Shown here piece after piece: positions 8,494 to 19,908 of a stretch of 27,560 bases of DNA (its first letter is position 1; the number at the start of each line of letters is the position of its first letter). The notes under the pieces are model-generated. The model was not told the origin of the DNA. It made no database searches and was given only the letters and a program-made list of their open reading frames with translations. A program made the translations under genes and the position numbers. The stretch is from Thermoanaerobaculia bacterium (GTDB lineage: Bacteria; Acidobacteriota; Thermoanaerobaculia; UBA5066): assembly GCA_038245905.1 (NCBI GenBank), contig JBBRRY010000040.1:1-27560 (forward strand). The letters are read 5' to 3'.

Positions 8494-8879
8494 GGCTGCG
8501 CGATCTCCGGACCGGGGCGGAGCGCGAGGTGGCGGGTACGGGCGTGGCGCCCGGCACGACGGCCGTACGCATCGGCGATGTTGCGTGGGTGTCCCACCGG
8601 GGCGAGACGTATCGCCTGTCGGCCGTCCCCCGTTTCTCTCCGCGGACGGCGCCTCGCCATGAGGAGACTCACTCGCTTCAGTCACCCATGCCGGGTCGCA
8701 TCCTGGGGGTGCGCACGGCCATCGGCGCAACCGTAAAGAAGGGGGATACGCTTGTCCTCGTCGAGGCCATGAAGATGGAACACGCGGTGTGCGCGCCGCG
8801 GGACGGCACCGTGACGCGCGTCCTCGTCGCCGAGGGGCAGATGGTCGGCCTCGGCGACCTCCTCGTGGAAATGGCATGA
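8490..8879 (+). CDS. Biotin carboxyl carrier protein (separate C-terminal part of MCC alpha), 129 aa
   Basis: ATG at 8490 (ATGA overlap) with GGAGG upstream. SPMPGRIL...VEAMKMEH biotinylation motif. Confidence 0.92.
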   Translation: MRLRDLRTGAEREVAGTGVAPGTTAVRIGDVAWVSHRGETYRLSAVPRFSPRTAPRHEETHSLQSPMPGRILGVRTAIGATVKKGDTLVLVEAMKMEHAVCAPRDGTVTRVLVAEGQMVGLGDLLVEMA

Positions 8880-9793
8880 GCGCACCGCGGGTCACGGTCG
8901 TCGAGGTCGGTCCGCGCGACGGCCTGCAAAACGAGGCGACGGCCGTTCCGACGGACGTGAAGGTCGCCTTCGTCGACGCCCTCTCGGCCGCGGGCCTGCC
9001 GGTCATCGAGGCGACGGCGTTCGTCTCGCCGAAGGCGATTCCGCAGCTGGCCGACGGCGAAGAGGTGTATCGACGGATTGCGAAACATCCCGGCGTCCGG
9101 TATCCCGTCCTCGTGCCGAACGAGAAGGGGCTCGATCGGGCGGAGGCGGCCGGCGTCCGGGAAATCGCGGTCTTCACGGCGGCCTCGGAGACGTTTAACC
9201 GGAAGAACATCAACGCCTCGATCGACGAATCGTTCATTCGTTTCGCGCCCGTGATCCAGCGTGCCCGTGCGGCAGGGATGCGAGTCCGCGGGTACGTTTC
9301 GTGTGTCTTCGGCTGCCCGTACGAAGGCACGATCGCGCCGCCTTCGGCAGCCCGCGTCGCGCGGCGGCTGCTCGACGCGGGATGCGACGAGGTTTCGCTC
9401 GGAGACACGATCGGCGTCGGGGTTCCTACCCAGGTGCCCGAGGTCGTCGAACGCTGCGTCGACGCGGGCGTGCCTCTTTCGCGTCTCGCGCTCCATTTCC
9501 ACGACACGCGTGGCACCGCGCTCGCGAACGTCGCGGAGAGCCTCCGGCAGGGCGTCCGAATCTTCGACTCCTCGGCAGGCGGTCTCGGGGGGTGCCCGTA
9601 CGCGCCCGGTGCGGCGGGAAACGTCGCCACGGAGGACCTCGTCTACCTTCTTCACGGGATGGGTTACGAGACCGGCGTGGACCTGTCTCTCGTCGTGGCC
9701 GCGAGCCGGGCCCTCTCCGCCGCGATCGCGCGGCGCCCGGTCTCCCGCGTCTATCAGGCGGTCAACACCGCCTGCTCGCCGCAGGCGGTGTAA
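8876..9793 (+). CDS. liuE: Hydroxymethylglutaryl-CoA lyase
   Basis: ATG at 8876. EVGPRDGLQNE, LGDTIG, HFHDTRG and GLGGCPYAPGAAGNVATED. Confidence 0.95.
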   Translation: MSAPRVTVVEVGPRDGLQNEATAVPTDVKVAFVDALSAAGLPVIEATAFVSPKAIPQLADGEEVYRRIAKHPGVRYPVLVPNEKGLDRAEAAGVREIAVFTAASETFNRKNINASIDESFIRFAPVIQRARAAGMRVRGYVSCVFGCPYEGTIAPPSAARVARRLLDAGCDEVSLGDTIGVGVPTQVPEVVERCVDAGVPLSRLALHFHDTRGTALANVAESLRQGVRIFDSSAGGLGGCPYAPGAAGNVATEDLVYLLHGMGYETGVDLSLVVAASRALSAAIARRPVSRVYQAVNTACSPQAV

Positions 9794-9796
9794 ACT
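9786..9796 (+). promoter_or_regulatory. Candidate -10 element for the RomR-like gene, overlapping the lyase TAA stop
   Basis: CGGTGTAAACT is identical to the minus-strand element at 3322-3312. It is followed by GAGGAG (9817-9822) and ATG 9828. Confidence 0.4.
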
Positions 9797-9827
9797 CAGC
9801 CGACACCGGGCCCTGCGAGGAGATCGA

Positions 9828-10991
9828 ATGCCGCATCGGATTCTCTTGGCAGACGACAGTCTGACCATTCAGAAGGTCATCGAGCTGACGTTCTCGGGAA
9901 CGGAGTTCGAGCTGAAAGCCGTCGGAAACGGCGATCTGGCGCTTCCGCTCCTCGAGTCTTTCCTGCCCGACATCGTCCTCGCGGACTGCGTCATGCCGGG
10001 GAAGACCGGCTATGAGTTGTGCGAGGAGATCAAGAGGCGGCCGGGCGGCCGGTACGTGCCGGTGGTTCTCCTCACGGGAACTTTCGAACCGTTCGACAAA
10101 CCGCGCGCCGAGCACGCCGGCGCCGATTCATGCGTCACGAAGCCCTTCGATTCGCAAGGGCTCGCCTCGCTCGTGCGCGACCTCGTGAAGAGGGCAGCGG
10201 AAGATCGTGCCGCGGCGCCCCCGGAGCCGCCCCCTGCGCCTGAGCCTCCTCCCCCTCCTCCTCCTCCCGCCACGCCGCCGTCTTTCGTCGAAGAACGCGC
10301 GGAGTCCACCGACCCCACGATTTCCGGGGATGCGCCATTCTTCACGGTCCCTATGGCGGCGATGCAGGCGCCCCAGGCGGCTCCCGAGGAGAACATGTAC
10401 GCCACGTCGGCGATTCCCGCTTTTCGGGAAACCGAGATCGAGATTCCCATGCCCCTCGACGCGCCGGCCATCGTCGTCGCGCCGCCTCCCGATCCGCCCA
10501 CGGAACCGCTCGGACTCCCGGTCACCCCTGCGGCGGACTACGAAATGGACCTCGGCGCCCTCGACGACGAGCCGCCCCATCGCGACCTGGACGAGGACAT
10601 CGCGGCATTCGAGGCGTCCGGCCGAGGGACTACCCGGCCGGATCTCTGGGACTCGCCCGCAGTCAAGGCGGCTACGGCATCCTCGACAGACTCGGATTCC
10701 CCTGCGGAACACCCGCAGGGCGACCTCGAGGCCCTTGCCGCGGAGGCGAGCCTCACCGACCTCAAGAGCCTCATTCCGCAGGCCACGGCATCGGCCTCGG
10801 CGGCCTCGGCGGCGGCTGCTGCAGCTACCGCTGCGGGTCCACTCTCCGACGACGACATCGACCGCATCGCGCGCCGCGTCCTCGAGCTCTCTGGCGAGCG
10901 CATCGTGCGCAGAATCGCGTGGGACGTCGTGCCCGAGCTCGCCGAGCGCCTCGTGAAAGAGCGCCTCGACGAAATCGATCGGGACGACTAG
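9828..10991 (+). CDS. romR: RomR-like response regulator: receiver domain, Pro/acidic disordered linker, conserved C-terminal helix (387 aa)
   Basis: ILLADDSLTIQKVIELTF...DIVLADCVMPGKTGYELCE...LLTGTFEPFD...TKPFDSQ and C-terminal IVRRIAWDVVPELAERLVKERL match my recollection of Myxococcus RomR (IERIAWEVVPQLAE). Confidence 0.85.
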   Translation: MPHRILLADDSLTIQKVIELTFSGTEFELKAVGNGDLALPLLESFLPDIVLADCVMPGKTGYELCEEIKRRPGGRYVPVVLLTGTFEPFDKPRAEHAGADSCVTKPFDSQGLASLVRDLVKRAAEDRAAAPPEPPPAPEPPPPPPPPATPPSFVEERAESTDPTISGDAPFFTVPMAAMQAPQAAPEENMYATSAIPAFRETEIEIPMPLDAPAIVVAPPPDPPTEPLGLPVTPAADYEMDLGALDDEPPHRDLDEDIAAFEASGRGTTRPDLWDSPAVKAATASSTDSDSPAEHPQGDLEALAAEASLTDLKSLIPQATASASAASAAAAAATAAGPLSDDDIDRIARRVLELSGERIVRRIAWDVVPELAERLVKERLDEIDRDD

Positions 10992-11015
10992 AAAATCCGG
11001 CCTCGCGGTTCGTCG

Positions 11016-13681
<2,666 letters not shown>

Positions 13682-13685
<4 letters not shown>

Positions 13686-14479
13686 GCGGCCCCGGCGATC
13701 GATTCGACGCTCCTCTCGAGGGCCGGACCTTCCGGCACATCGAAAACGTCATCTACCTGCCCGCCACGCCTTCCACGAACGACGTCGCGAAGGCGATCGT
13801 TGAGAAAATGCTCGCCGAGAGCGAAGACGTTCGCCCGACGATCCTCGTCGCGGGCGAGCAGTCCGCGGGACACGGCCGCCTCAGTCGGAGCTGGGTCTCC
13901 CTTCCGGGGAGCCTGGCGGTCTCGGTCATCGTGCCGTGGCCGGCCGGCCCGGAGCGAGTTCACCTGCCTCTGCGTGCCGGGATCGCGCTCGCGCGCGGCC
14001 TTTCGCGGGCATTCGGACTCGACGTGCGCCTCAAGTGGCCGAACGACCTCCTCGTGAACCGCAAGAAGGTCGGCGGCATCCTCGTCGAGGCGCGGGCGAA
14101 CGACGAGGGCGAAGGCTGGGCCATCGTGGGAGTGGGGCTGAACGTGAAAGGCAAGAGAGGCGAGCTGGACTCTCACGGGCTCCGTGACGCCACGTCTCTC
14201 GAGGAGGCGGGCGCGCCCGCCGGAACGCTCGAGGGAGTCCGCCCGCTTTCGTCGCTTCTCGACATTCTCGATGTGCCGCTGGCCGAGCCGGATACGGAGC
14301 CGCTGCCGGAAGCGTTCGCGTCCGTCGCCGCCCATGCGCCGGGCGACGCCCTGAGCGTCCAGAACGCGGGTCGCACCGTCTCCGGGGTATTCCGCGGCGT
14401 GAACGCGGATGGCGCGCTTCGGCTCGGAATGGGGCATGGCGAGGAAACGGTCCTCTCCGGCGACGTGGTCCTCTTCTGA
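13682..14479 (+). CDS. birA: Biotin--[acetyl-CoA-carboxylase] ligase, monofunctional (no HTH), 265 aa
   Basis: ATG at 13682 (ATGA overlap). PSTND, EQSAGHGRLSRSW, LKWPNDL, KKVGGIL, GVGLNV and GVNADGAL. Confidence 0.93.
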
Positions 14480-15165
14480 GGGACGATCTCGACGAAGCCG
14501 GTTACGCGACGCGGATCGAGGACGCGTTCATCGCCGAGCGCGGCACGCCGTTCCTCGTCTCCTCGAAAGACTGGGGATTGATTCGTGGCTGGCGAGAAAC
14601 CGGCGTCCCGGTGGACACGGTCGTGCGTGCCGTGAGGGAGGCCTTCGAGAGGCGCCGCGCCCGGGGCCAGGCCGGGAAGATCTCCTCCCTCGCGTACTGC
14701 GCGAGTACCGTCGAAGAGCGGTGGGAGATGGAACGCCGCGGCCTCGTCGGCAAGGAGGATGCGCCCCCCGCAGCGGCCGCGGACGCGGCCGCAAGGAAAG
14801 AGACTCTTGCTTCGCTCGTGGCCGGCCTGCGCGGGGCGAGTCCGCGCGAGGGACCATTCGAAGAAATCTCCCGTCTCCTTGCGGCGTTGCACGGTGCCGC
14901 CTCGAAGATCGAGGCGCTCTCCGCCGATCTTCCTTTCGAAGAAATCGAACACGACCTTTCCTCAATCGAGAGGTCTCTCGTGCAGACGGGTCTGAAAGCA
15001 ATGAATTTCTCTTCTCTCGCATTCGTCGAGGCCCGTGTGTCGGAGGCGCTGGGAGACGTTTCCGGACTTTCTCTCCACGTGGTCGAGCGCATGCGCAAGG
15101 CGCTGACGCGCCGTGAAGTGAGGGCGCTCGCCGGCTTCCCGCCGCTGACTTTGCTGCATGGCTGA
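14476..15165 (+). CDS. Conserved hypothetical protein with DnaD/DnaB_2-like N-terminal domain; start probably CTG 14476 (alternative TTG 14578)
   Basis: The frame is open and protein-like upstream of 14578 (YATRIEDAFIAERGTPFLVSSKDWGLIRGWRETGVPVDTVVRAVREAF...KISSLAYCASTVEERW). It fills the birA-rlmD gap. Confidence 0.7.
   Translation: MRDDLDEAGYATRIEDAFIAERGTPFLVSSKDWGLIRGWRETGVPVDTVVRAVREAFERRRARGQAGKISSLAYCASTVEERWEMERRGLVGKEDAPPAAAADAAARKETLASLVAGLRGASPREGPFEEISRLLAALHGAASKIEALSADLPFEEIEHDLSSIERSLVQTGLKAMNFSSLAFVEARVSEALGDVSGLSLHVVERMRKALTRREVRALAGFPPLTLLHG
14855..14871 (-). repeat. Intragenic repeat copy GGAGATTTCTTCGAATG, inverted (in the DnaD-like gene)
   Basis: The reverse complement is 17/17 identical to 15796-15812. 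Confidence 0.8.
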
Positions 15166-16519
15166 ACTTCGGCCGGGCGATTCCGTAGAGGCCCTCATCG
15201 AGCGCGTCGTGCCCGGTGGGGCGGGCCTGACCCGGATCGGTGGCGTCGTCACGCTCGTGCCGGGAGCGTTGCCGGGCGACCGCGTGCGCGTGCGCGTGGC
15301 GGAGGTCTCTCCTCGTCTCGTAAGGGGCACGCTCGACGAGGTGGTCGTTCCGGGCGAGGCGCGGCGCCCCGACGACGAGCTCTGTCCGCGCGCCCGAGAC
15401 GCCTCCTGCGGCGGATGCGACTGGCCCGCCGCGCGTCTCGAGCACCACCGCGCGTTGAAGACATCGCTCGTTCTCGACGCGTTCCGCCGGCTTGCCGGCC
15501 TCAGCCCGGAGGATCTGCCCGAGGCGGGTTGGAGGGGGTCCGCGCGGAACTATCGGCTCAGGAATCGCCTGCATCTCGACCGGGAGGGTCGGCTCGGGTT
15601 CTTCGCGCCGCGTTCGAGGGCCGTTGCGAACCTCGAAGTCTGCGAGATCGTGTCGCGGGCGCTTCTCGCGCGGCTGCCCGCGATTCGCGAGCATCTCTCC
15701 GGGCTCGGGCCGTTGGAAGGGGAGCTCTGGACGCTGGAAGACCGGGAGGGGAGGACGCTGCTCGGCGAGTTGCGGGTCGGCGAGAGTCAGGGTCTGGAGA
15801 TTTCTTCGAATGTGAAAGAGAGAGGGCGAGGGCCGTTCGACGGGTTTCGGGTCGTCGGCGCGGACGCCCGAGTCTTGTCCAGCGATGGGCTGGAGGCGCT
15901 CACGCTTTCGGCCGGAGGGGCGCTTTTCGAGGTCTCTGTATCTTCTTTCTTTCAAGGAAATCTGTATCTCCTCGATGCATTTCTCGAAGAGATTCGGACG
16001 GCGCTGCGCGCCGTGCTTAGAAGGGAAGAGGGGAGCGTGCTGCCCGTTCGCGCCCTCGACCTCTATGCGGGGGTCGGATTCCTGACGCGCCCGCTTCTGG
16101 AGCTTGCGACCGAGACGTCCGCTGGCGTCGACGTGACCTGTGTCGAGGTCGACCCGTCTTCGTCATATTCCCTTTCAAAGAATCTTCAGGCGTGGCATTC
16201 CGAGGGGCTTCCGCTCGCGCGGGCTGTCCGCACGTCCTCGGAGTCTTTTCTTCATTCGCAGAAACCTTCGAATCTTCCGGTCGACGTTCTCGTCGCCGAT
16301 CCGCCGCGAGCTGGCCTGTCGCCCGCCGCGCGCGCGGGAATCCTGCGGATCGCGCCGCGACACATCTTGATGGTTTCGTGCGATCCCCCGACGCTCGCCC
16401 GTGATCTCGCCGCCCTGAAAGCCCGCTACGCGGTCGACCGGCTGACGCTTCTCGATCTGTTTCCCCAGACCCACCACGTCGAGACGATCGCCTTGCTCGC
16501 GCGGCGGAAAGTCGGATAG
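15158..16519 (+). CDS. rlmD: RlmD/TrmA family RNA (uracil-C5) methyltransferase with TRAM domain
   Basis: GALPGDRVRV (TRAM), C...CGGC...C Fe-S ligands, SFFQGN, LDLYAGVG, DPPRAG, VSCDPPTLARD and DLFPQTHHVET. Confidence 0.9.
   Translation: MAELRPGDSVEALIERVVPGGAGLTRIGGVVTLVPGALPGDRVRVRVAEVSPRLVRGTLDEVVVPGEARRPDDELCPRARDASCGGCDWPAARLEHHRALKTSLVLDAFRRLAGLSPEDLPEAGWRGSARNYRLRNRLHLDREGRLGFFAPRSRAVANLEVCEIVSRALLARLPAIREHLSGLGPLEGELWTLEDREGRTLLGELRVGESQGLEISSNVKERGRGPFDGFRVVGADARVLSSDGLEALTLSAGGALFEVSVSSFFQGNLYLLDAFLEEIRTALRAVLRREEGSVLPVRALDLYAGVGFLTRPLLELATETSAGVDVTCVEVDPSSSYSLSKNLQAWHSEGLPLARAVRTSSESFLHSQKPSNLPVDVLVADPPRAGLSPAARAGILRIAPRHILMVSCDPPTLARDLAALKARYAVDRLTLLDLFPQTHHVETIALLARRKVG
15795..15816 (+). 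repeat. Intragenic repeat copy TGGAGATTTCTTCGAATGTGAA (in the RlmD-type gene)
   Basis: 21/22 identical to 13390-13411. Confidence 0.8.
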
Positions 16520-16528
16520 AAGCGCGCC

Positions 16529-18952
16529 ATGCGCGCCTCCTGGTCTCGGAACGCCGGTGCGCCGTTGCTTCCACTGGCTGGAGCGATGGCGGCGGGCATC
16601 CTCGCGGCGGTCGTCTTCGCGGTGCCGCCGGGGCGCGCCCTTGGGACCGCCCTGATCCTCGCGGCGGCGGCGGGCGTCGCACTCGCGAGGCCCGCAGGTG
16701 GCATCCGTGCGTTCGCGGGCCTGGCCCTCTTCGCGAGCCTTGGGTTCTGGAACGCCCGCGAGCGATTCCTGCTCCCGGCCTTCCGGACGGTGGAGGAGGC
16801 GCGCCGGGGCCTCCTCTCGGCGCGCGCGGAAGATCCGGCGGCCGACGGCGTCCTTCTCGAGGCAACGGGACGGCTGGAGGCGCCCTGGACGTCGAGCGGC
16901 TCGCTCCGGCGGACGCGGCTCGCAGTGGAATCCGCGCGCGCCGACGGCCGGCCCATGCTTCTCGAAGCGGGGCTCGCGGTCACGGTCGCGGGCGAGCAGG
17001 ATCCGTCCGTCGTCGCGGAGCTCGGCGAGCGCGTGCGCCTCCGCGGAGTGCTCCGGTTGCCCGAGGCGGGCGGACCGTCGCGGTCTCCATTCGACCTGCC
17101 CATGGAGCCGCGCTTGGCGCTCAAGAGCGCGGCCCAGATCGAGCGCATCGGTCCTCCCGCAGGCCTGCTGGCGCCGGTGGCAGTCGCCCATGCGGCCGTG
17201 AAAAGGCGCCTCCGCTCCAACCTGGCCGGCGCGGAGCCCGCGGCACGCGGCGCGCTCGCGCTCCTCCTGGCTCTCGTGATGGGGGAGACACAGGATCTGC
17301 CCGGCTCGACGGTCAGCGCGTTCCGCGACGGCGGAGTCGCGCACATCGTCGCGATCTCGGGCCTGCAGGTCGGCCTCGTAGCCGGCCTGCTGGGCTTTTT
17401 CGCGCGGCGGGTGGGCGCGTCCCTCGCCGCGTGCGACGCTCTCGTGCTCGTGGCGACGGCTCTCTTCGCTTTGTTCGCCGGGGGCCGGCCGCCTGTCGTA
17501 CGCGCCGCCTTGATGATTGGCCTCTATCTCCTTGCGCGCCTCCTCGGCCGGCCGACCTCAGCCGCGCACGTCCTGGGATTCGCGGCGATGGTGCTTCTCG
17601 CGGCCGATCCCGCGAATCTCTTCGACGTCGGATTCCTCCTGACCTTCACGGCGGTGTTCGGCCTCGCGGCGTTCGGCGTGCCTGCGGCGCTTGCGCTGCG
17701 CCGGGCGGGATTTCCAGGGCTCGTCGCGGACACGGTTGGCGCGACGGCCGGCGCCGAGCTGGCGGTCCTCCCGGTGCAGCTCTTCGTCTTCAATATCGTC
17801 CCGGTCGTCGCGCTCCTGTCGAACCCATTCGTCGTCCCGCTGTCGAGCCTCTTCCTGTTCACAGGTTTGCTGTTCCTCCCGCTCCTGCTCTTTTCTCCGG
17901 CCGCGGCGTCTCTCGCCATCCTTCCGCTGCGGTTTCTGTCGGACACCCTTCTCGTCCTCCTCGCGGCGCTCGACCGGCTCCACGCGGTGCGGATCGTTCC
18001 GACGCCCGCGTTTGCGCTGGTCGCGGCCGCGGGAGGGCTCCTCCTCGTGGCGGGCCTGACGCGCCGTCCGGCGCTCCGGCGCGGATCGCTGCTGGCCACG
18101 GCGGGGGTCGTGCTCGCCATCGTCCTCGCGCCTCCGGTCGTCTCCGCGCCGGACACGATCCGGCTTCAGGCCCTCGACGTGGGCCAGGGAGACGCGTGGC
18201 TTCTGATCTCGCCCCAGGGCCGGGTTCTTGTCGACGGCGGAGGCAGCCCCGATCGCGAATACGACTTCGGGCGGCTCCGGCTGGTGCCGCGCCTCGCCGA
18301 CCTCGGGGCGGTGTCGTTCGACGCGGTCGTCCTCACGCACCCGCACCCCGATCACGCGCGGGGTCTGCTCGCCGTGCTGACGTCCCTTCCGGTCGAACGC
18401 GTCGTCCTGCCCCGGGGCGCGCCGCGTAACGTGTTCCTCGACGAGTTCGAGGAGGCGGCCGCCCGCCGGGGCCTGACGCTGGAGCGCCTCGGGGCGGGCC
18501 AGCGCTTCACGGCCGCTGGTCTTTCGTTCGACGTCCTTCATCCGGGAGACGGGCCGTACCCGCGCGCACGGGAGAACAACGGCTCACTCGTCCTCAGGGT
18601 CGCGCTCGAGGGGCGCACGGCCCTGCTGACGGGCGACATCGAGGGGCTGGCCGAGAGCGACCTCGTCGCGAGGGGCCGCATTCTTGCCGCGGACGTCCTG
18701 AAGGTGCCGCACCACGGGAGCCGGACGTCCACCGCCGAGGCATTTCTCTCCCGCGTCTCGCCGCGGCTGGGGCTGATTGGCGTCGGGCGTCGAAACCGTT
18801 TCGGCCACCCGGCGCCCGATGTGGTGAAGCGGCTCCACGCCGCTGGAGTCCGGACGTTCCGGACCGATCGCGATGGCGAGGTCGCGCTCGTCTTCTCGGG
18901 CGGCCACATCCTGCCGGTTTTTCCCGAGAGTGTTGCCCGGGTGGCGCCGTGA
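16529..18952 (+). CDS. comEC: DNA internalization competence protein ComEC/Rec2
   Basis: Membrane domain AHIVAISGLQ, PPVVRA, FDVGFLLTF. Metallo-beta-lactamase domain LDVGQGD, THPHPDH, LLTGDIE, KVPHHGS, NRFGHP, RTDRDG. Confidence 0.95.
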   Translation: MRASWSRNAGAPLLPLAGAMAAGILAAVVFAVPPGRALGTALILAAAAGVALARPAGGIRAFAGLALFASLGFWNARERFLLPAFRTVEEARRGLLSARAEDPAADGVLLEATGRLEAPWTSSGSLRRTRLAVESARADGRPMLLEAGLAVTVAGEQDPSVVAELGERVRLRGVLRLPEAGGPSRSPFDLPMEPRLALKSAAQIERIGPPAGLLAPVAVAHAAVKRRLRSNLAGAEPAARGALALLLALVMGETQDLPGSTVSAFRDGGVAHIVAISGLQVGLVAGLLGFFARRVGASLAACDALVLVATALFALFAGGRPPVVRAALMIGLYLLARLLGRPTSAAHVLGFAAMVLLAADPANLFDVGFLLTFTAVFGLAAFGVPAALALRRAGFPGLVADTVGATAGAELAVLPVQLFVFNIVPVVALLSNPFVVPLSSLFLFTGLLFLPLLLFSPAAASLAILPLRFLSDTLLVLLAALDRLHAVRIVPTPAFALVAAAGGLLLVAGLTRRPALRRGSLLATAGVVLAIVLAPPVVSAPDTIRLQALDVGQGDAWLLISPQGRVLVDGGGSPDREYDFGRLRLVPRLADLGAVSFDAVVLTHPHPDHARGLLAVLTSLPVERVVLPRGAPRNVFLDEFEEAAARRGLTLERLGAGQRFTAAGLSFDVLHPGDGPYPRARENNGSLVLRVALEGRTALLTGDIEGLAESDLVARGRILAADVLKVPHHGSRTSTAEAFLSRVSPRLGLIGVGRRNRFGHPAPDVVKRLHAAGVRTFRTDRDGEVALVFSGGHILPVFPESVARVAP

Positions 18953-19908
18953 ACGGGAGGCGCCCGGTGGGCGTCCTCGCCATCGTGGGAGCGACCGCGA
19001 CGGGGAAGTCCGAGCTTGCCGTGGCCGTGGCCGAACGTCTCGGGGGCGAGGTCGTGTCGGCGGACGCCTTCGCGGTCTATCGCGGGTTCGACGCGGGAAC
19101 GGCGAAACCCTCCGCGGCGCTCCGGGCGCGCGTTCCGCACCACCTCGTGGACGCCCGGGATCCGTGCGAGCCTTGGAGCGCCGGTGCCTTCGCCGCCGAG
19201 GCCAGGCGCCTCTGCGAGGAGATCCTCGCGCGCGGAAACCTCCCGATCCTCGCGGGCGGGACGGGCTTTTACGTGCGTACGTTTTTCGGCGGGCTCTTCG
19301 AAGGGCCGCGCCGGGACGACGCGCTCCGGCGTGCCCTCGAGGCCGTGAGGGCGCGTCGCGGCACAGGCTTCCTGGTCCGGATGATCGCGCTCCTCGACCC
19401 GGAAAGCGGGAAACGCGTGGGTGCTGCCGACGCCGCCCGCGCGATTCGTCTTCTCGAGATCCTGCTCCTCTCGGGCGCGCGTCCCTCACGCCTCTTTCGG
19501 GACCGGCCGGGGCCCGCGTGGGAGAAGCCGTTCGTGAAGATCCTCCTCACGTTGCCGCGCGAAGTCCTCTATGGAAGAATCGCCGCGAGGTTTCAGTCGG
19601 ATTTCGTGAACGAACTGCCAACGGAAGTGCGCGGTCTGCTCGCGGCGGGGATCCCGCTCGCGGCCCCCGCGTTCGCGGCAATCGGTTACCGCGACACGGC
19701 GGCCATGATTTCCGGCACGCTTACCGAAGGTGTGTGGGCCGAACGGCTCCTGCGCGCGACCCGCCGTTACGCGAAGAGGCAGGAGGCGTGGTTCCGGCGC
19801 GAGAGCGGACTCGTGCCCGTGCGCGCGGACCGCCCTGATCTCGTCGATTTCGTCGTGCGCGAAGCGCGACCTCTTTTTCTTTTTTCGGACGCCGGCGAAG
19901 GGGGATGA
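18949..19908 (+). CDS. miaA: tRNA (adenosine(37)-N6)-dimethylallyltransferase
   Basis: GATATGKS P-loop, VYRGFDAGTAKP, PHHLVD, GGTGFY, AIGY and TRRYAKRQEAWFR. Confidence 0.95.
   Translation: MNGRRPVGVLAIVGATATGKSELAVAVAERLGGEVVSADAFAVYRGFDAGTAKPSAALRARVPHHLVDARDPCEPWSAGAFAAEARRLCEEILARGNLPILAGGTGFYVRTFFGGLFEGPRRDDALRRALEAVRARRGTGFLVRMIALLDPESGKRVGAADAARAIRLLEILLLSGARPSRLFRDRPGPAWEKPFVKILLTLPREVLYGRIAARFQSDFVNELPTEVRGLLAAGIPLAAPAFAAIGYRDTAAMISGTLTEGVWAERLLRATRRYAKRQEAWFRRESGLVPVRADRPDLVDFVVREARPLFLFSDAGEGG

Noticed and set aside
6649-9630. 993-aa minus-strand ORF and other long antisense or alternate-frame ORFs (e.g. 23975..26662, 10128..12032, 368..1711)
   Set aside because: Shadow ORFs of well-supported genes. 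They are Arg/Pro/Ala-rich with no motifs, as expected in high-GC DNA.
10215-10280. CCT/CCG-rich tandem-like tract, and GCG/GCC runs near 10785-10835
   Set aside because: Explained by poly-Pro and poly-Ala segments of the RomR-like linker.
13855-13895. BirA motif GHGRLSRSW deviates from GRGRxGRxW
   Set aside because: The key second Arg, the Trp, KWPND and the catalytic Lys are retained, so this is ordinary divergence.
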